51,895 bases of DNA. It comes from an uncultured Verrucomicrobiota bacterium. GTDB taxonomy: Bacteria > Verrucomicrobiota > Verrucomicrobiia > Limisphaerales > SIBE01. Position 1 is the first letter of the stretch. Each line of letters opens with the position of its first letter. The translations under genes and the position numbers were made by a program. This document shows positions 8,004 through 17,479 of the stretch, in pieces. The stretch is taken from positions 1-51,895 of the forward strand of contig CAYHFE010000003.1 of the NCBI GenBank assembly GCA_964355375.1. The letters are read 5' to 3'. A model generated the notes under the pieces. That model was given only the letters and a program-made list of their open reading frames with translations, made no database searches and had not been told where the DNA came from.

Positions 8004-10436
8004 TCACGGCGTGCCCCCGCCCAATCCTATCCGGGCAATGCCATAGGGCTCGATCGTGACTTCCCTTCCGCCGGCCACGCTCACCCGCGCCGGCTCGTCA
8101 TCATAATTCAGCGCCAACAAATGTCCGTCGCTTTGCACGGTGAAAAAGACGTGCTCCGGTCGGGCGATCGTGATCGCCTGCCGCGTCCACGGATGCAGAG
8201 AAGGGATCGAACGCAGAACCTTTCGGGCAAACTCGCCGTAAAGGCTGGGCGGATCCACATCACCGACGAACCGATGGAAGGCGCCGCTCCCCGTGTCACC
8301 CCGACTCCAACGCTGGAAAACGGACGTATCCTCCTCGACCGTTTGCTGGAGACCTCGCGGATAGACGGGGTAAATGATCGTGCCGCCCCGGCGCAGCCAG
8401 GCATCAATATGGCGCTGCACGTCCGCCTCGATGAACCGGCCCCAAGCGAAAACCAACACCTTGTAACGATTCAAGAATCCTTCGCGAATGAGCCGGTCAT
8501 CCAGGTAATCCACGTCCACCACGCGACGAATTTCGCGGGCGACCGGATTGAAGCCCCAGGCGTAAATGTGGCGAAAGGCCGCGTCGCTCAACTGGTTCTC
8601 CGTCTCGGGATAGTAGAGGGCCACCTCGACGAGCGGATTCTGCCGGGTATCCAGAATGGGCAGGCATTTCAACCACTGGGCGATGCTGAGCTGGTGGTCA
8701 AACAAATTGCCATGGTAGGTAAAGAGATGATCCCCTTGCGTGGCGGCGGTGTTGAAGATCCGGCCGACCGTGCCGCGGGCCGTGTGCCCTCCCGCAGGCT
8801 CGTAGCCAAGGCCAACGCGATAAAGCCGGGCGGCCGTGGCGGCGAGGTGGGTGGCGTAAAAGTTCTGCTCGTAGCTATCGGTTTCATTCGTCAGCCGGAC
8901 GCCTCCGTCCACTTCGACCATGGATTTGGTCTGGGCGCTGTAATCGGTCCCGGCCTCGCGGAAGCCCCAGCCTCCGGCCGATTGATAGATCCTGGTCTTG
9001 GGCAGAGCGCGGCGCGCCTCGCGAGCCCACCATTCGCACCAGTCGGTCATCGAGTCCGTGTACCAACTCGACAGATCGACGCGTTCCCGCTTCGAAAGGA
9101 GGGTATTCGGCAGCCCGGGTTGAATCTCATCAAAGGAGTGATAGGTCGAATCCCAAGCCCGGTTCAGACCATCCACGGAAGAGTAGCGTTGGCGCAGCCA
9201 GCGCCGGTAATCCGCGCGCCCGAAAGAATCGCCCGCCCACCAGCCGATATGGATGTGCATTTTCTCGCCTTTGGCCGCCCAACCGCCACTCGCCGGGTAC
9301 TGGGATTCCCCGTAGTTGCCGCTGGGCCCCAAGCGCACGCCTTCCAGCACGTCCGTCGCGTCGTAATGACGGCCAAACGCCTGAAGAAAGCGGGTCACGT
9401 GACGCCGCTGCGCCGGACACCAAATGCTCTGAATCGAATTCGTCAGACCATGTTCCAGACAGACGAAGCCCGCGTATTCAGGGCTGCCCAGGAACCAATC
9501 GGGCAGGGCGTAGCCCGAGCCGACGATGAGCAAGGGAAACCATTTCAAACCATATTCCGCCAGCTTCCGCACGATCGCGTCGTAGAAACTGAAATCGAAC
9601 TCTCCTTCCCTTTGTGGCTCCAATCGTTTCCAGGTGACGTAGCTCTCGATGGAGGTGAAGCCCAGCACCCGGGCCAAGGGCGCCAGATCATTCATCGCCT
9701 CCAGAGAATCGGACAGAGCGGACATATCCCCCAACACATCCACGCCGGCCGTGGTCACCAGCTCCATCGGCTTGCGCAAGGTGACCATCGGCTTGACCTG
9801 TTTCGGCACGGACGATTTGACCGCACTCCACGCCGTTTCCGGCGGTTGCGACAAGATCCGCACACTTCGCAAATACTGCAGCCCGGCCACTCGCAAGACC
9901 GGCGGGTTGGTCCTCATGATCGAGGCGGCCGGAAGCGGGAAACCAAACCAGCCGCGCCGCATTTTCATCGTGTTGAGCCGGGTGTAGGAACTCCGCCGTC
10001 CGGGCGCCACGGAGCTTCCGGTCCAGCCCGTCCCGAATTGCAGCCGGGGGTCAATCACGCCCGCCCCCTGATCGCAATACTCGATCTCGAGCACGATGCT
10101 TTGTCCCGCCCAACGGGCCACGTCCGGAAGGCGAATCTCCCATTCGACTTTTGCGTAAGGATCACGGTCCGGCTCGATCTCCAGGCACGGCTCGCCCGCG
10201 AGGACGACCCGGCGGCAGCGCGCCGCGTTGATGATCCACGACGGAACCGAAGCGCCGTCGCCGAGGGTCAACGCTGGCGTGTCTTCGGCGGCTGGAGCGG
10301 GCCGGCTCGGAGCCAACGCGCCATCCGCCCCGTGAACGGTGAAGGCCGCGAACAGAACGAGCGCGAGTGGAAACCCCAGCGGAAGTCCGGCCGCAACCCG
10401 ATTTCTCCGGGAACGGGAAGCGCAGAACGCATTCAT
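8004..10436 (-). CDS. Secreted glycoside hydrolase-like protein (TIM-barrel, GH42/GH35/GH14-like; family not assignable by eye)
   Basis: 810 aa with a signal-like N-terminus. Segment FTSIESYVTWKRLEPQREGEFDFSFYDAIVRKLAEYGLKWFPLL...YALPDWF resembles glycosidase catalytic domains. Confidence 0.6.
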   Translation of the reverse strand: MNAFCASRSRRNRVAAGLPLGFPLALVLFAAFTVHGADGALAPSRPAPAAEDTPALTLGDGASVPSWIINAARCRRVVLAGEPCLEIEPDRDPYAKVEWEIRLPDVARWAGQSIVLEIEYCDQGAGVIDPRLQFGTGWTGSSVAPGRRSSYTRLNTMKMRRGWFGFPLPAASIMRTNPPVLRVAGLQYLRSVRILSQPPETAWSAVKSSVPKQVKPMVTLRKPMELVTTAGVDVLGDMSALSDSLEAMNDLAPLARVLGFTSIESYVTWKRLEPQREGEFDFSFYDAIVRKLAEYGLKWFPLLIVGSGYALPDWFLGSPEYAGFVCLEHGLTNSIQSIWCPAQRRHVTRFLQAFGRHYDATDVLEGVRLGPSGNYGESQYPASGGWAAKGEKMHIHIGWWAGDSFGRADYRRWLRQRYSSVDGLNRAWDSTYHSFDEIQPGLPNTLLSKRERVDLSSWYTDSMTDWCEWWAREARRALPKTRIYQSAGGWGFREAGTDYSAQTKSMVEVDGGVRLTNETDSYEQNFYATHLAATAARLYRVGLGYEPAGGHTARGTVGRIFNTAATQGDHLFTYHGNLFDHQLSIAQWLKCLPILDTRQNPLVEVALYYPETENQLSDAAFRHIYAWGFNPVAREIRRVVDVDYLDDRLIREGFLNRYKVLVFAWGRFIEADVQRHIDAWLRRGGTIIYPVYPRGLQQTVEEDTSVFQRWSRGDTGSGAFHRFVGDVDPPSLYGEFARKVLRSIPSLHPWTRQAITIARPEHVFFTVQSDGHLLALNYDDEPARVSVAGGREVTIEPYGIARIGLGGGTP

Positions 10437-13054
10437 TGGCAGGAACGATTGACCACGAGCGAGGCTTTGGCGCCGGGCATATCCATTCGCGGGTTTCGCT
10501 CCAGCTCCGCCAGCACCGGTTCAAACGTCCGCAGGATGGACCGATAATCCGGGTCGGTCGGACCGGCGAACACAGCCCGGCCACACGCGCCGCTGCCGCC
10601 CGCTTCCCTGGCCAGAGGGGCGAGCAGGAAACTGTTCAATTGAGGGTTCGTAATGCGCGTCCAGAAGGGGCGCGGTATCTTGCCGTTGACGTGGCATTCG
10701 GCGCACCGGCGCGCGGCGACCTCGGCGAGCGTGCGGTCGAGCTCGGGTGGATAAATCCGACGGCTGCCCGCGCTCTCCGGATGCGTCGTCTCGCTCGTGC
10801 CATAATAGGGAATGTTGAGATCAATCCAGGCGAGGATGCGGCGCCGTTCCGCCTCGTTCAGCGCCACCCGCGCCGGGCCGTCCGGCTCGGGATGACCGGC
10901 CAGGATCAGGTCGGCAAGCTTGCTCCGAGGGCTGCCCCACGCTTTCGGGGTCACGAGGAGAATGTTCGTTTCAAACCCGTTGTAGGTCGGAATCCAGTTC
11001 ACGTAAGGACTGTCCCATTGGGCTTCGCCCGATTGCCGGCGCCCGCGGGCCAACCATTCGTAGGAGACGTTGAAGTAATCGGTCCGATCGCCACTCAGAT
11101 CGACCCGGCCGGCCGCAAGCGGGCCGCTGTGACACTCGACACAGTGCCGGTCCAGGACGGGCTGAACGACCGCCGCATAATCGAATCCACCCACGCCCCA
11201 TTCGGGCGGTTCCAACGTTTTGCACGCGCCGCCCGCCGAGACGAGCCGCTGCGGAAGGGGCGCCAGTTGGCCCCGATCGGCGTGGCAGCCCACACACCCC
11301 TGCACTTCACCCGGCATGAGATGCGTGAAGGACCGCATGCGCTGCAGAGCCCGGCCGTGGCGGTCGAGGGCCATGAAGTAGAGGGGCACCCCGGCCGGCA
11401 CTGCAAATGCCGCGGAACCGTCCGGTTCCACGTCCACTTCGCCGATGACTTCCTTGCCCGCGTAGGTGGCCCCGGCGGAAATCACCGGAAACTGAAAGCC
11501 AAAGGCTCGTTTGTCGGGATGAATCCGGACCGTCTTGGGCATTTCCCGCACGACCCGCAAGCGCCGGATTTCGCCCCGCGAGACGTGCGGCTCGAGGCCT
11601 TGATAAACATCTTGAAGAAAGAGGTAGGCCGTCTCCCGGACAGCGCCGTTTTGAGACGGCGTCGCGGCTGGCCCGGACTCGGAGGAAGTGGGCGCCGTCT
11701 CGGACCCAGCCACCGTCGCGCCGCGCGGAATCCGGTTTGGCGTGGCCCGTGGCCGGACGGGCTGCGCGCCATACCAATGCCGGCCATTCCCCGGCGCGGG
11801 CAGCGCGGTGGACTGGCAGGTGCCGGCAAAATTGCGCACCAACACCGGTCCGCGCGCACTGACCAGGAACCGATGCCGGTCCAGCGGCACCGGCGTCGAG
11901 TAAGGCTTGGTGCCTTCGAAGTTGCCATTGCCTTCCTCCACCCGCGGCATGGGGACGTCGGGCGTGACATTCCAAATGGCCTCCTGCGCGTTCGCGCCCC
12001 GGGCATGATCGATGACCCCGATCGCGCCCCGGGCCGGGCCGTTATGGCCGGTCATCGTGCAGACAATCCGGTCGGTTCCGGGAATGGAACGTGCCTCCAT
12101 GAAGGTGCCGGGAGAAATGACTCGATTGCCGAAGTACCCGGCCAATCCGGTCCCGTCCGGGTTGATCGTCCAAAGGCTCTGAATGGGAATGGCCGGCTTG
12201 TCCACGTATTCCCAACGCGAGTAAATGATCCGGCCGTCCTCGAGTGGATACGGAGTAAAGTCGTTCAAGTAATTGGCCGACAACCGGCGCACCTTCGAGC
12301 CGTCCGCCTCGATGCGATGCACGACGCCGACGGGGGAATTCCAGCAATAGGCAAACTGCGCATTGCGCGTGCTGACGAAGGCGAGGCCCCCATCCGGCAG
12401 CCAGCACCCGTTGTAATCGTGCCACTCGCCCTGGGTCAGTTGGCGCAAGGCCGTGCCATCCACGTTGACCGTCCAAAGGTGATACCCCTCGCTCTCTCGC
12501 TGTCGCCAACTGAAAAGCACCTTCGATCCGTCCGCGGAAAGATCGCAATCGAGAATCTGCCCCTGTGGTGACGCGGCCAATTCCACGCGTGCGCGATCGA
12601 GGATGGGTGATCCGCCATCCTGCGATCGGACGGCGGAGGCCCCGGCAGCGCATTCCACCACGTACAGTCCGCCCCCGGCTCGGAATCCTTCGTTGTGATA
12701 GGTGTAAACATGGGTGGGATTGATCTCGTGCCGCTCAATCACGAGCAAACGGCGCACGTCGCAGAGCAGGATCTCACGCTGCAGATCCGCCATTTCAACC
12801 GCCGCGCCGCCCGCCTCCGCCTGTCGCGCCAGCAGATCCAGTCTTTCCAGAAACCGCTCAGCCCGCAGCGGGTTCAGCACTTCCGACTCGCGCAATTCAA
12901 GGATCAAGGCGCGCAGACTTGCGCCCGTCACTCGGTCCACCGGCGGGACCTGGAGCGGAGCCGCTGGAACGGCCGAGGGCTTCGGCGGAGCCGCCGAATG
13001 CGACTCGCGGACGAGACTCAGCGCCATCAGCGCCGCCGCGCATAGCGGGAACAT
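10433..13054 (-). CDS. Secreted TolB-like beta-propeller protein with three CxxCH haem c motifs
   Basis: 873 aa from the Met at 13054 (signal peptide MFPLCAAALMALSLV). TolB-like segment DLSADGSKVLFSW...LWTVNVDGTALRQLT. Motifs CVGCH, CVECH, CAECH. ATGA overlap with the downstream glycosidase gene. Confidence 0.7.
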   Translation of the reverse strand: MFPLCAAALMALSLVRESHSAAPPKPSAVPAAPLQVPPVDRVTGASLRALILELRESEVLNPLRAERFLERLDLLARQAEAGGAAVEMADLQREILLCDVRRLLVIERHEINPTHVYTYHNEGFRAGGGLYVVECAAGASAVRSQDGGSPILDRARVELAASPQGQILDCDLSADGSKVLFSWRQRESEGYHLWTVNVDGTALRQLTQGEWHDYNGCWLPDGGLAFVSTRNAQFAYCWNSPVGVVHRIEADGSKVRRLSANYLNDFTPYPLEDGRIIYSRWEYVDKPAIPIQSLWTINPDGTGLAGYFGNRVISPGTFMEARSIPGTDRIVCTMTGHNGPARGAIGVIDHARGANAQEAIWNVTPDVPMPRVEEGNGNFEGTKPYSTPVPLDRHRFLVSARGPVLVRNFAGTCQSTALPAPGNGRHWYGAQPVRPRATPNRIPRGATVAGSETAPTSSESGPAATPSQNGAVRETAYLFLQDVYQGLEPHVSRGEIRRLRVVREMPKTVRIHPDKRAFGFQFPVISAGATYAGKEVIGEVDVEPDGSAAFAVPAGVPLYFMALDRHGRALQRMRSFTHLMPGEVQGCVGCHADRGQLAPLPQRLVSAGGACKTLEPPEWGVGGFDYAAVVQPVLDRHCVECHSGPLAAGRVDLSGDRTDYFNVSYEWLARGRRQSGEAQWDSPYVNWIPTYNGFETNILLVTPKAWGSPRSKLADLILAGHPEPDGPARVALNEAERRRILAWIDLNIPYYGTSETTHPESAGSRRIYPPELDRTLAEVAARRCAECHVNGKIPRPFWTRITNPQLNSFLLAPLAREAGGSGACGRAVFAGPTDPDYRSILRTFEPVLAELERNPRMDMPGAKASLVVNRSCQ

Positions 13055-13178
13055 GACCCGCAGCGCCCGACCAAGGCGTCGTCCGGATCGCGGGGTTGCG
13101 ACCCGCAGCGCGGGCGGTTCATGAAGAGGGAAAACCTCCAACGATTGGAGATGAAACGTGGCCGTGAACCCATCCCAC

Positions 13179-13254
13179 GGTGGGGCGAGACTCCGTCGGG
13201 CCCTGAAATCTTGGTCGGCAAAAAAGTCAGGGCTCGACGGAGTCTCACCCCACC
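13179..13254. repeat. 76-bp hairpin repeat: 28-bp arms (ggtggggcgagactccgtcgggccctga / tcagggctcgacggagtctcaccccacc) and a 20-nt loop
   Basis: Inverted repeat read directly. A half copy (one arm plus loop) is at 31589..31636. Confidence 0.85.
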
Positions 13255-13434
13255 CAGGTTCACGGAAAGATGGCTTGCGCATAACGGATATGGATTGCGG
13301 CCTTTCCTTACCAGTATCCCGCCAGATTCCATTGACCGACGTCAATGCTCTGAAATGGCGGCCCCCCCATTCGTCGCCGACCCTCGGCGATCAATCCGTC
13401 CGTAAAACCAGCGCCCGGGTCCGATCTTCCGCGC

Positions 13435-14325
13435 TCATTTCGCCGGCGCCGAGGTCGCGGCGCTGACGTCGTTGGTCGTGAATCGAATGTAAGGAAAGCA
13501 TTCCGGAACGTGGGAATCCCAGACTCCATGCCGACTCCAAACCCAGCCGCCCGAGTCTTTGGCCGGGGGCGCTTCTTTGTAGGTATTGAAGCGGGAGAAG
13601 TCCATGCGCCAGACATCGCCCTCGCGCGGCGGCAAGGCGCGTCCCTCGGCCTTCGCCAACCAGGCCAGGCCTTTCCACGGAAACGCGAGTTCGACCGTCC
13701 AGCCGCGGTCGCGGTCGCTGTCCTTGTTGATCGTGCCGTCGATGAACACCGCCGTCTGTTTGCCGGGAAAGGTCCAGTCGAATTGTCCGAGCCGCCCGCC
13801 GCGGGGATGGCGGGTGAATCCGACGCCGTTGAACGGTTTCAGTTTGGCGCGGCGGAACTCCGGCGCCTGGGCAAAACCGCCGCTCTGATAGGCTTCTTCC
13901 CAAATGAAGAACACCTCGTAGGAGGTGTTCAAGGCGTTGATTTCAAATTCGTAATAGGCGTCGCGGCCGGCAATGAACATCTCCACGTCGTTGTCATAAT
14001 AGATCGGCGAGTTGTGCCGGGTGTATTTGGCGTGAACGAGAGGTTCTTCGATCCGATACGCCACATACAAATATTCGTCATTCCAAAGGACGATGGCGCG
14101 AGTCTCATGAAGAGCGGGCTGGCCGGTGAGGATGTCGATGAAACGCGGCGAGGTCGGAACCTGCTGCCAAGCCGGCTCGCTGAGGCGTCCATCCACCTTG
14201 AAGGGCTCGCGGACGTGATAGGCGGTGTAGCGGGCGATTTCATTTTCCGGGCACGGAAACTTGAACTCCGCCGCAGAAACGGCCAGACCCGCGAACACCC
14301 AAAGCCAGGCGATTCTCATGTTCAT
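13435..14325 (-). CDS. Secreted carbohydrate-binding family 9 (CBM9/DOMON-like) domain protein
   Basis: 296 aa with a signal peptide. PFKVDGRLSEPAWQQVP...DEYLYVAYRIEE...NDVEMFI...YYEFEINALN is typical of CBM9-like domains. Confidence 0.7.
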   Translation of the reverse strand: MNMRIAWLWVFAGLAVSAAEFKFPCPENEIARYTAYHVREPFKVDGRLSEPAWQQVPTSPRFIDILTGQPALHETRAIVLWNDEYLYVAYRIEEPLVHAKYTRHNSPIYYDNDVEMFIAGRDAYYEFEINALNTSYEVFFIWEEAYQSGGFAQAPEFRRAKLKPFNGVGFTRHPRGGRLGQFDWTFPGKQTAVFIDGTINKDSDRDRGWTVELAFPWKGLAWLAKAEGRALPPREGDVWRMDFSRFNTYKEAPPAKDSGGWVWSRHGVWDSHVPECFPYIRFTTNDVSAATSAPAK

Positions 14326-14460
14326 AGACAGATTCGAACCATAAAGCTGGTCGGGAGCGTGCCAGAGATGCGGGAAATATCAACCGCATCCTGGCGATTT
14401 CGAATCCTTGGAATTCTGCTTGATGGCCGGAGGAGCGGAGCTTACCTTCCCTCCGGATTT

Positions 14461-14554
14461 TGCCAGGGCCCATGGAGTGCGGACTTACGAACCCCGCCAG
14501 GGCAGGAATGCAGCAACGGCAGTCTGCTCCGCATCCGCCGTGGTCACCCTGGCA
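14461..14554 (+). ncRNA. ffs: Signal recognition particle RNA (small/4.5S type)
   Basis: Domain IV signature CAGG-GCA-GGAA-UGC-AGCA (GGAA tetraloop with flanking AGG and AGCA loops). Closing helices: UGCCAGGG/CCCUGGCA, CCAUGG/CCGUGG, GUGCGGA/UCCGCAU. Lies directly upstream of dnaX-ybaB-recR, as in Bacillus. Confidence 0.7.
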
Positions 14555-14671
14555 TTTCAATTTACTTAGCATGTCGGGGGGGCCGGTCGGCGATGGATGT
14601 CGCTTCCCGGCCGGTGCCCCATCGCCATCTGAAGCCGGTGGCGCGAGAATCCGGAGAGTCGAGCCGTCGCG

Positions 14672-16444
14672 ATGTCGTATCAGGTCATAGCCCGCAAATA
14701 CCGCCCTCAGCGGTTTTCGGACGTGGTAGGGCAAGGTCATGTCACCCAAACCCTGTCCAATGCGATCCAACAGCAGCGCATTGCCCACGCCTACCTTTTC
14801 GTCGGCCCGCGGGGCACCGGCAAAACGACCCTGGCCCGAATCTTCGCCAAATGCCTCAATTGCACGGGCGGTCCGAAGGTCGATTTTCCAGACGATGACC
14901 CCCGCTGCCAAGAGATCACCGAGGGACGCGCCTTGGACGTCCTGGAAATTGACGGCGCGAGCAATCGCGGCATCGAGGAAATCCGCGAGCTCCGGGCAAC
15001 CGTCAAGTACGCTCCGGCCACGTCGCGGTTCAAGATCTACATCATCGACGAAGTTCACATGCTGACCAAGGAGGCGTTCAACGCTCTCCTCAAGACGCTC
15101 GAGGAACCCCCGGAGCATGTGAAGTTCATGTTCGCCACGACCGAGCCGGAAAAAGTCCTGCCCACCATTCTTTCCCGCTGCCAGCGCTTCGATCTGCGCC
15201 GCATCCCGACCGCGCTCATCGTCACCCATTTGGCCTCGATTGCCAAACAGGAACAGATCCAAATCGATGGTGCGGCTCTATATGCGATTGCCCGCGGCGC
15301 GGATGGGGGCATGCGCGACGCCGAATCGACCCTCGATCAATTGATCAGCTTCTGCGGCGGCACCATCGTCGAGAGCGACGTCCTCTCGATGTTTGGGCTG
15401 ACTTCTCGGAGCCAGGTCTTGTCGCTGGTCAATTCCTTGGTGACCGGCGAAGCCGAAACCGCCTTGCGGGAATTGAACGAACTGGCCCGAAACGGCAAGG
15501 ATCTGGGACGCCTCCTTTCCGAGTTGCTCGAATCCTTGCGCAATCTCCTCATTTTTCAGGTGACGCGCGGTGATCTGACCATGCTCGAAGTCCCCGAAGC
15601 GGAAGCCGCGGCTCTCGCGGAACATTCCGGTCGCGTCAGCACCGAAGCGCTGACCCGGATGATGGAAACATTGACTCAGTGCGAAGCCCGCCTCCGCGAA
15701 GCTGCGTCCAAGAAAATCTTGATCGAAGTGGCCTTGCTCGAAACGATTCGAGCTCGCAATTCAGTTTCGATCGACGCCGTGCTGAAGACTCTGCACACCC
15801 TCCGGCAGGAATCCGGATCTGGCGAGCCCCCAGCACCCGCCCCGCCCCGCCCCGCTCCGCCCGCGGCCGCAGTCACGGCCCCGCCCGCGACGCCGCCTCC
15901 AACGCGACCGGCGAAGACGAGCGAGCCGGCTCCGCCTCCGCCTCCGCCGCCGGTTCCCGCTTCCGTCCCACCGATGAGTTCGGCCAAACCCGGAGAGGAT
16001 TTGAGGGATCTGTGGGGGAAGATCGTTGAAGCTGTCGGGCGGGTCAGCCCGTTTGCGCGGACCTATTTGTTGGAGGCGTATCCCGTTTCCCTGGTGAAGA
16101 ACGTATTGACCATCGGCTTCGATCCGGAGTTTTCCGACCACTTGAGTTTGGTGGACAACTCCAAGAACCGAACCTTGATCCAAACCAAACTCCACGAATT
16201 GGGCTGCCGGGACGCCCAGGTTAAATTCGTCGCCGCCGAAACACCGTCGGACTGGTTGCGCCCGAGGCCGGAGAGCCCGCCGCCGCCTGCGTCGCCCGCT
16301 CCGGCGAATCCGGTCGCCGCCGCCGCTCCGCCGCCTCCCAAACCGGAACCCGCCGCCATGAACAAGAACGATTTCAAGAACGATCCGCTGATCAAGCAGG
16401 CGCTCGAGATTTTCAAAGGAACGATTGTCGAAGTCCGGGCTTAA
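14672..16444 (+). CDS. dnaX: DNA polymerase III subunit gamma/tau
   Basis: 590 aa. MSYQVIARKYRPQRFSDVVGQ, Walker A GPRGTGKTT, DEVHML, SRCQRF, then a Pro-rich linker and a tau C-terminal region. Confidence 0.97.
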   Translation: MSYQVIARKYRPQRFSDVVGQGHVTQTLSNAIQQQRIAHAYLFVGPRGTGKTTLARIFAKCLNCTGGPKVDFPDDDPRCQEITEGRALDVLEIDGASNRGIEEIRELRATVKYAPATSRFKIYIIDEVHMLTKEAFNALLKTLEEPPEHVKFMFATTEPEKVLPTILSRCQRFDLRRIPTALIVTHLASIAKQEQIQIDGAALYAIARGADGGMRDAESTLDQLISFCGGTIVESDVLSMFGLTSRSQVLSLVNSLVTGEAETALRELNELARNGKDLGRLLSELLESLRNLLIFQVTRGDLTMLEVPEAEAAALAEHSGRVSTEALTRMMETLTQCEARLREAASKKILIEVALLETIRARNSVSIDAVLKTLHTLRQESGSGEPPAPAPPRPAPPAAAVTAPPATPPPTRPAKTSEPAPPPPPPPVPASVPPMSSAKPGEDLRDLWGKIVEAVGRVSPFARTYLLEAYPVSLVKNVLTIGFDPEFSDHLSLVDNSKNRTLIQTKLHELGCRDAQVKFVAAETPSDWLRPRPESPPPPASPAPANPVAAAAPPPPKPEPAAMNKNDFKNDPLIKQALEIFKGTIVEVRA

Positions 16445-16500
16445 GCTCCGGGCCGAAGCACGCCAGTCCACGCGCTCAACCTCAAACTGCCTACGATTCT

Positions 16501-16812
16501 ATGTCCAGCATCGGCAAACTCATGAAACAAGCCGCCCGTATTCAGCGGCAGATGGAAGAAGTCCAAGCCCAGCTCGCCGCCAAAACGGTCGAGGCCACGA
16601 GTGGCGGCGGCGTGGTCAAGGTCGTCGCCAAATGCGACAACACGATTGCCTCGATCAAGATCGATCCCCAGGTCGTGAATCCCGCCGACACCCAACTCCT
16701 CGAAGACATGATCCTGACCGCCGCCAACCAAGCCCTGGCCCAAGCCAAGGAGATCTCGAGCGCGGAGATGGGCAAAGTGACCTCCGGATTCAACATCCCC
16801 GGATTGATGTAG
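16501..16812 (+). CDS. ybaB: Nucleoid-associated protein YbaB/EbfC
   Basis: 103 aa. KLMKQAARIQRQMEEVQAQL...GGGVVKVV...IKIDPQVV. Canonical position between dnaX and recR. Confidence 0.93.
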   Translation: MSSIGKLMKQAARIQRQMEEVQAQLAAKTVEATSGGGVVKVVAKCDNTIASIKIDPQVVNPADTQLLEDMILTAANQALAQAKEISSAEMGKVTSGFNIPGLM

Positions 16813-16852
16813 GGTCGATTCGCGCGCATTCGTGGTGGAATTGCCCTGATCC

Positions 16853-17455
16853 ATGGCGTCGCTCCCGGAATCCATCCAGCATTTGATCGCCGCACTGCAT
16901 CGGTTGCCCGGGATCGGCCCCCGCTCAGCGGAGCGCATCGCCCTCCATCTCGTGCAAAGCGATCCGAGCTTGGTCCAGGAATTGGCCCGCGCCATCACCA
17001 CGGCTCGCGAAACCGTGTCCACCTGCTCCATCTGCGGCGGCCTGACCGAACGCCAGCCCTGCCCGATCTGTTCGGACGCGCGGCGCGACGGCTCGATCGT
17101 TTGCCTGGTGGAACGAGCGGTCGATATCCTGAGCATCGAAAAACCCGCCACCTTTCGCGGCAAATTCCATGTGCTGGGCGGAAAACTTTCCCCCTTGAAC
17201 GGAGTCGGACCGGAAGACTTGCGCATTGCCGAGCTCACGGCCCGTCTGACTCGCGAGCCGATCGAGGAAGTGATTCTCGCCTTGCCCTCGGATGTCGAAG
17301 GCGACGCCACCAGCTACTATCTGGCCAAGCTGCTCGGAGCGAAGGGCGTGAAAGTGACGCGGATCGCGCATGGCTTGCCGGTCGGGAGCGGGCTGGAATT
17401 TGCCGACGAACTGACCCTCAGCCGGGCCATCGAAGGCCGCCGCAGCCTGAGTTGA
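16853..17455 (+). CDS. recR: Recombination protein RecR
   Basis: 200 aa. LPGIGPRSAERIALHL, Cys4 zinc finger CSICGGLTERQPCPIC, Toprim region. Confidence 0.95.
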   Translation: MASLPESIQHLIAALHRLPGIGPRSAERIALHLVQSDPSLVQELARAITTARETVSTCSICGGLTERQPCPICSDARRDGSIVCLVERAVDILSIEKPATFRGKFHVLGGKLSPLNGVGPEDLRIAELTARLTREPIEEVILALPSDVEGDATSYYLAKLLGAKGVKVTRIAHGLPVGSGLEFADELTLSRAIEGRRSLS

Positions 17456-17479
17456 GTTGAACTGAGCTGCCGCCGCTCC

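Noticed and set aside
7905-12571. Long plus-strand ORFs 7905..10547 (880 aa) and 10367..12571 (734 aa)
   Set aside because: They are antisense to the glycosidase-like and haem/propeller genes. The translations are Arg/Pro/Gly-rich without motifs.
13121-13466. Small ORFs (13121..13405, 13158..13466) with GETPSGPEILVGKKVRARRSLTPP-like peptides
   Set aside because: They are translations of the 76-bp hairpin repeat in an intergenic region.
14325-14400. ggttcgaatc (minus strand) resembling a tRNA T-loop
   Set aside because: The flanking sequence cannot form a T-stem, acceptor stem or anticodon arm. There is only an isolated hairpin (gatgcgg...ccgcatc) nearby.
15148-15155. GGAAAAAG run inside dnaX as a possible gamma/tau frameshift site
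   Set aside because: The zero-frame codons are GAA AAA GTC, not X XXY YYZ. The site also lies in the N-terminal ATPase region, far upstream of where tau/gamma shifting occurs.
14240-15262. 340-aa minus-strand ORF spanning the SRP RNA and the 5' part of dnaX
   Set aside because: It overlaps an unambiguous dnaX reading frame and the ffs hairpin, and has no motifs.
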